Below are positions 59,094 through 64,000 of a stretch of DNA of 64,000 nt, in pieces. Each line of letters opens with the position of its first letter. Within the stretch, counting starts at the first letter, position 1. Position numbers and translations under genes: made by a program. Origin of the DNA: a virus; the IMG/VR virus record IMGVR_UViG_3300049719_000183, positions 1 to 64,000 of that record; one strand, 5' to 3'. The notes beneath the pieces are model-generated. The model saw nothing but the letters and a program-made list of their open reading frames with translations, did not search any database and had not been told where the DNA came from.

Positions 59094-61217
59094 GTGAGCG
59101 ACACCTATAAGACTTTCGTCCGTTCGGCCAGTAACTGGTCAGAGTTTTCCAGTGCCAAGAAGCATGTGCAAGATACGGGCCTGACGTATGATGAGGCCAA
59201 ACGTGCCTGTGCCGCCTACAACGCCAACCTGACTCCCTCCGAGAAGGGTACAAAGATGGAGTTCACGGCTGAGAGCGCCACCCGCAAGGCAATTGACCAG
59301 GTGCCACTCCACGAGTTTTTCGGCAAGGACTCCTCTGGCGGCGAGCCCGACGACTACGGGGTTGCTGCGGGAGAGCGCAGGAAGCTGCCCTATGGAAGCC
59401 AGGGAGGCAACATGCTCCTGACGAAGAAGAGCTACGAGCGTGTGAAGCGAGAGCGGGCCGAGGAGGGCCAGGACACGCCTGCATGGGAAACCCTGGCGGT
59501 GTACAAGACTGAATCAGCCAAGCCTCGCCGCCTCCGCATAGAAGAGATGATGTCTGCTGGAGAGGTGACCCGCTTGGCCAACGAGCAAGCTGAAAAAGCC
59601 GCCCGTAGGAAGCAGTCGCCTCGGGTGTTTTTCGATGCTGCTGACATCGAGAAGAATTTTGGCAAGATACCAAACATCGGCAGCTACCGTCCCACGGGTT
59701 GGGAGCTGGTGGAACATCACATGGTGGACAAGAGCGGCATGGGAGCCGAGGATGAGCCTGCCCTCACTGTTAAAGGCTACAAGGCGTGGCTATCAAAGTA
59801 CTTGGAAACCCCAGAGACGTGCGGATGGGCGATCATCGAGGAGGGCCAATTCCAGGTGGTCGTGGGTCGGTTCGTCAAGCAGGTGCAGAGAAACGCGGGT
59901 CCGTCACCGACCCGGGAGAGCATCGACAGGATGTTCGAGGACAGTCAACTGGGCATTCCCGGGTTTGACTGGACGTACGGCGACATCGGTCCATCGGATC
60001 CGGACGCTGGCAAACCCGCCAATGGTGGCAATTTCGACACCATCGAGTACACGTTGCCCGAGTACTGGGCCAGCTATCTGATCAATGGCGATGCCTCAGG
60101 CCTGGAGGACGGCGAGCAGGAGGAGATTGACGCCTGGCTGGCGAAGGAGGGCAATCCCAACATCGTGGATTGCAGCGAGGAGGGCTACTTCTCCCGCTAC
60201 TGTGACGCCCCGGGCCAGCTTGCAGGGAACATGCTCACGTACACGGCGCTTGTGCCGAAGGACAAGAATTACCCGGGAGAAACTGAGGAATCCCCGCCTG
60301 GCGCGTTGGAATCCACCGATCGCGCCCCGGGTGATCACGGCTATGTGGCCTTCTACAAGGGCAAGAAGATGGACGTGTACGCTACTTCCTCCTATGCTGC
60401 ACAGAAGAAGGCGGCAGCGGCCTTCGGGGCGAAGAAGAGCTACGAGGTGAACGTAGTGCTCGCAGAGAAGCCTGATGGATCACAGGTGACGCACGTACCC
60501 GAGGGCACTGAGCCTGATTGGCACGAGCCAGAGAGGACAGGAAAGCCACCGGCTTCAATGCGTCTGGCAACTGCGGCAGCCATGCTGCAGGGCATGCCAG
60601 ACGGTCCTGAGAGGCATCGCAGAAAGTCTGCCGATATTCGTGGCCGAGCCGATGACGTGGCCAATGCTCGTGACAAGGAGGCGGCCAGGCCGATGAACAA
60701 GCTCAAGAGATTCTTGGGCTTCGGGGAGTCCATTCAGGAGGCAGGCATCGCCTCAGGCATGAAGGCAGGCCCCGAGCCCCGGGGTGAGGAGCAGGAGGAA
60801 GAGGGCACTGCCAGGGAGCAGGGCTACGAAGGCGACGGCACGCCGCAGGACGGCGCTGATGGCAGCCGGGCGCACACGGACAAGGGAATTGAGGACATGC
60901 AGTTTCAGCCCTCTGACCCGAAGCTGCTTGAACCTGAGCCGGGACAGCACAGCTACCGTGCGGGGTGGGACAACGAGATCGCCTACTATCTGTCTCATCC
61001 ACAGATGGACAAGCTTGAGGAACTGAAGGCCACGCCTGAGCAGATGAAGGCGTTCGTGAGGGTGGTACGGCGCTGGCACAAGGTGAGCCTCCCGAATACG
61101 CTGATGGGAGATCCCAGCTGTCTCATGGTGCAGGTGTGGGGCGAGCCGAGCGGCGACAACATGGAGGGCTATTCCATGTGGCTCGGCATTGAGAAGGACG
61201 GCTACACCCACTCATGA
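59094..61217 (+). CDS. 707-aa mosaic protein, putative cleaved internal-head polyprotein
   Basis: Small compact modules separated by ES- or xxE-containing linkers; TAGTTA-N4-GTG. Confidence 0.7.
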   Translation: MSDTYKTFVRSASNWSEFSSAKKHVQDTGLTYDEAKRACAAYNANLTPSEKGTKMEFTAESATRKAIDQVPLHEFFGKDSSGGEPDDYGVAAGERRKLPYGSQGGNMLLTKKSYERVKRERAEEGQDTPAWETLAVYKTESAKPRRLRIEEMMSAGEVTRLANEQAEKAARRKQSPRVFFDAADIEKNFGKIPNIGSYRPTGWELVEHHMVDKSGMGAEDEPALTVKGYKAWLSKYLETPETCGWAIIEEGQFQVVVGRFVKQVQRNAGPSPTRESIDRMFEDSQLGIPGFDWTYGDIGPSDPDAGKPANGGNFDTIEYTLPEYWASYLINGDASGLEDGEQEEIDAWLAKEGNPNIVDCSEEGYFSRYCDAPGQLAGNMLTYTALVPKDKNYPGETEESPPGALESTDRAPGDHGYVAFYKGKKMDVYATSSYAAQKKAAAAFGAKKSYEVNVVLAEKPDGSQVTHVPEGTEPDWHEPERTGKPPASMRLATAAAMLQGMPDGPERHRRKSADIRGRADDVANARDKEAARPMNKLKRFLGFGESIQEAGIASGMKAGPEPRGEEQEEEGTAREQGYEGDGTPQDGADGSRAHTDKGIEDMQFQPSDPKLLEPEPGQHSYRAGWDNEIAYYLSHPQMDKLEELKATPEQMKAFVRVVRRWHKVSLPNTLMGDPSCLMVQVWGEPSGDNMEGYSMWLGIEKDGYTHS

Positions 61218-61459
61218 ACACCACGGTAAGAAAGCTCCTTGGTGAAGAGGCTGCCGTATGGACTGACAGCGAAATCCTGGACTGGATTGAGGCCAACTGT
61301 GACGTGAATGTGTATACGGGCACGGGCGCTAACACACGGAAGCTCAATTACAGCGGGCCGCTGCGCAATCGTGTCTCTATTGAGATGAACAGACAGCGGC
61401 ACACGGAGGCAGGCACGGATCCAGCCCCGAGTGTTCATCATGTAGGAGCACATCCATGA
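61214..61459 (+). CDS. small protein with tag-like N-terminus (TVRKLLGE)
   Basis: Coupled ORF. Confidence 0.55.
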   Translation: MNTTVRKLLGEEAAVWTDSEILDWIEANCDVNVYTGTGANTRKLNYSGPLRNRVSIEMNRQRHTEAGTDPAPSVHHVGAHP

Positions 61460-62223
61460 ACGAAGCCTACGCACGTCAGAATCCCGAGGAGTACCGCCGC
61501 AAGGAGAACGAGTGGAAGCCAGCCACTCGCAGGAGGAGCGGGGAGGCCATGCCACGCACTGCCCATGATTGTCTGCCGGGTGAGCCGTGCGACAATGGTG
61601 TGCTCAGGCCCGGCCGCCTGAAGAAGGGCTGGTCCACGCAGGACGAGGTGGACGCCGAGATACTGGCCAAGGCCGAGCAGCGTGCACGCGAGGTGGGGGT
61701 TGAGCAGTACGCCCGATCCAAGGAGGCCTCCATGGACTCGCCCGATGTGCTGCCAGAGTCAGCCACGCGCAGGCGCATAGACCGGATATTTGAGATTGCG
61801 GAGGAGCCCGATAATCTGAAGGCCGAACTGCGTGCTAATCAGGCTGAAATCTCTGACCAAGCGACGGGCATAGCGGAGAATCCCTCAGGTTTGGGTCAGT
61901 ACTACTTGGACGGTGGGCGCGAAGTAAATACGGAGGAGGCTCAAGATGCCTTGCTTGCTGGTGAACAAGTGGAAGTACCCAATGCAGGTGCTGGAAGCTT
62001 TCGCTCTTTCTTTAAGTCCGTAGGCTGTGACAAGGTGGAGGTGTGGGACTGGACAAGCAGTGCGGGTGATTGGGTTTTTGGTGTACGAGATGGTCCTGAG
62101 GGAATGTGGTACCCTGCTTTCCAATCAAACCGGTACCCTGGTCATGGTATGAGCTATTCAATTGACCGAGGACACGGCTTCCCTTCTTGGGAGGACTTGA
62201 TGGAATATATGGGTCAGCAATGA
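61456..62223 (+). CDS. two-module protein with internal ESATRRRIDRIFE linker
   Basis: ORF track. Confidence 0.7.
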   Translation: MNEAYARQNPEEYRRKENEWKPATRRRSGEAMPRTAHDCLPGEPCDNGVLRPGRLKKGWSTQDEVDAEILAKAEQRAREVGVEQYARSKEASMDSPDVLPESATRRRIDRIFEIAEEPDNLKAELRANQAEISDQATGIAENPSGLGQYYLDGGREVNTEEAQDALLAGEQVEVPNAGAGSFRSFFKSVGCDKVEVWDWTSSAGDWVFGVRDGPEGMWYPAFQSNRYPGHGMSYSIDRGHGFPSWEDLMEYMGQQ

Positions 62224-62912
62224 GTACCCGTGCCCGCATAGACAGGTTGTTTGAGCGGGGTGCCCCGTACAAGACGGCTAAGACGTCCAGGTGATGGGTT
62301 TCACCGTACGCAGCGACTCCTTCCACGACCTCTCCATCACCCATGAACACCACTGAAGCCTTCCTACGCCAGCATCCCAGCATAGACCTGAAGAAGGCGC
62401 ACCGCTTGCGCGACGAGCCCATCCGTTGCCGCCACTGTGGTGGCGAGGGAGGCAGTCATGAGGCCAATTGCCCGACAGGACCGTCCCCGTCTGACAGAGA
62501 CGTGGAGGTGGGTTCCGAGGACCCACTCCACACACGTCGCGATCGCGGGTGGGTGAAGGACTTGAATCTAGAGCCCAGGGGCTACACGGACGAACCCGAA
62601 ACTTATGCGTGGGAGTCCGAGACGCGCAGGCGCATAGACCGTTTGTTTGAAGCGCCGTGGGTGTCAGGATCGGACCTGAGCCCTGAAGAGCGGGAGCACG
62701 TCAAAAGAGCTTACGTTCACCGCTTCACCGGCCAACACAAGCCGGACTGGGTCAGTCGGCCCCGTCCAAACGGCAAACCCTACCCGTTGCATTTCAAGGA
62801 CGACGATGACTGGCTGAGGAACACGAAATTCGACGTGACAAAGGGTGGGCGTCTCAGCCGTAGGACCAAGCACTCTCAGAGCAACCCCACATTCCCGAAC
62901 GGGATAGAGTGA
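62220..62912 (+). CDS. MSTRARIDRLFE-tagged protein interrupted by an in-frame TGA at 62292 (intact ORF 62343..62912)
   Basis: ATG 62220 is in frame with 62343; internal ESETRRRIDRLFE. Confidence 0.55.
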
Positions 62913-62926
62913 TCCTTAGTTAGTGG

Positions 62927-63220
62927 GTGAACACCCGCCAACGCATTGACCGTCTGTTTGAGATAGCCACCCCACTAGCGCCTGGGGAGCTTTCTCCTGA
63001 GGAGCAGGAGGCTCTCATTGGCAACAACGCCACGCCGGAACAGGTTCAGGCCTATTTGGACCTGAAGGAGCAGTACGCCCAGGTGAGCGTTCCCTATCGC
63101 TATTCAAGTGCGATTGCCACGGCCAAGGGGGCGCCCGCTGTGCTGGCCTGCTGGTGTCACTATAAGGACGGCGGCAAGATTTTCATCGCGATCACCAAGG
63201 ATGGCGAGACCCACTCGTGA
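62927..63220 (+). CDS. MNTRQRIDRLFE-tagged small protein
   Basis: TAGTTA-N4-GTG; its C-terminus AITKDGETHS resembles GIEKDGYTHS of the 59094 protein. Confidence 0.75.
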   Translation: MNTRQRIDRLFEIATPLAPGELSPEEQEALIGNNATPEQVQAYLDLKEQYAQVSVPYRYSSAIATAKGAPAVLACWCHYKDGGKIFIAITKDGETHS

Positions 63221-64000
63221 CCACTCGTCAGCACATCGACACCCTGTTTGAAATAGGGCCTCCTGACGAAATGAACGTCAGCAGGGACCAGGCGGTGCGC
63301 GACTGGCAGGCAGCACTGCACAGTGGAAAGTCGAGCAAGGAACTTCAGAAGGATTTCGAGTTGTACGGCAAGAGGCTGGCTGCCAACTATGCCCGGGGGA
63401 AGGGTTCTGATTACAGTTCGGCACGGAAGCTGGCTGCCATGGGCAAGCTGAAGGAGACACTGACTGGCGGTGGTTCCTCTGCGTTGCCACATATCCGCAT
63501 CATCAAGAAGGCTCCAGGGAGGCAGTTTTACAGGGGCGTTGGAACTCTGGAGAACCATACTCTGTGTGGGGCAGAGATGACCGACAGAGATATGCGTCTC
63601 CATGATGCTCGAAAGTCTGCCGCTGCTGGGTGGAAGATTTGTCCTGAGTGCCTTAGGCGGGCGGGCATTACGGAAACTCTCACCGGCTATGGTTCTGGTG
63701 GCAATGTGGGTGGTTCCACCTCTGGCACGGGCGGCATGGAGGCCGATGCGGGCAGTGAGATAGCTCATCAGGAGACGGCGAGGAAGCTGGCGAAGAAAAG
63801 GCGTCGTACCTTCGAGACTGTGTTTGGCGAGCCCAGTGGGCTTTACGGAGAGCCTAAAGAGGGGACGGAGCACATCGTATCTGCTGCCGTACGCAATACA
63901 GAGACGGGAGACATTTACCTGGGCGACGATCACGAATACTGTTACCAAAACGTGGATCGTAACACAGGCAAGAGAGACTACGATCACTACGAAGACGGTT
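63217..64000 (+). CDS. MTTRQHIDTLFE-tagged mosaic protein, runs off the window edge
   Basis: Manual translation stays open to the end; internal LKE-TLTG and ITE-TLTG repeats. Confidence 0.7.
   Translation, partial: MTTRQHIDTLFEIGPPDEMNVSRDQAVRDWQAALHSGKSSKELQKDFELYGKRLAANYARGKGSDYSSARKLAAMGKLKETLTGGGSSALPHIRIIKKAPGRQFYRGVGTLENHTLCGAEMTDRDMRLHDARKSAAAGWKICPECLRRAGITETLTGYGSGGNVGGSTSGTGGMEADAGSEIAHQETARKLAKKRRRTFETVFGEPSGLYGEPKEGTEHIVSAAVRNTETGDIYLGDDHEYCYQNVDRNTGKRDYDHYEDG

Overview
A 64-kb fragment of a large, GC-rich tailed phage genome, read in the standard genetic code. It is T4-like in its core genes but not modular: structural and replication genes are intermixed. Bases 1-37.5 kb carry a gp20-like portal, gp6- and gp25-like baseplate proteins, Ig/PKD/collagen/repeat fibre proteins, two SF2 helicases, a gp32-like SSB, UvsY-like, RecA/UvsX-like and HU-like proteins, a gp55-like sigma factor, DksA and two GT9 glycosyltransferases. 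Bases 37.6-59 kb are a one-strand array of small early-type ORFs that includes an HD hydrolase, a minimal ligase, methyltransferases and an HNH protein. Bases 59-64 kb hold candidate internal-head proteins. The standout system is in the helicases. Both carry an intein at the same DE|C-H Walker B site. In each, the intein frame has no recognisable endonuclease, but a complete Zn-finger + DUF559/Vsr-like nuclease gene lies inside the intein in the +1 frame on the same strand. The two elements share an almost identical 216-bp 3' tract. Other signals: a C-terminal RRF[NTS][FM] motif on six unrelated proteins, a repeated TRxRIDRLFE tag or cleavage motif including apparent polyproteins, three classes of start-proximal DNA motifs (TAGTTA-N4, GTTCT-N8, TGTTTACA), and an exact chimeric duplication that created a new gene. 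All family calls are by-eye motif recognition; no searches were run.
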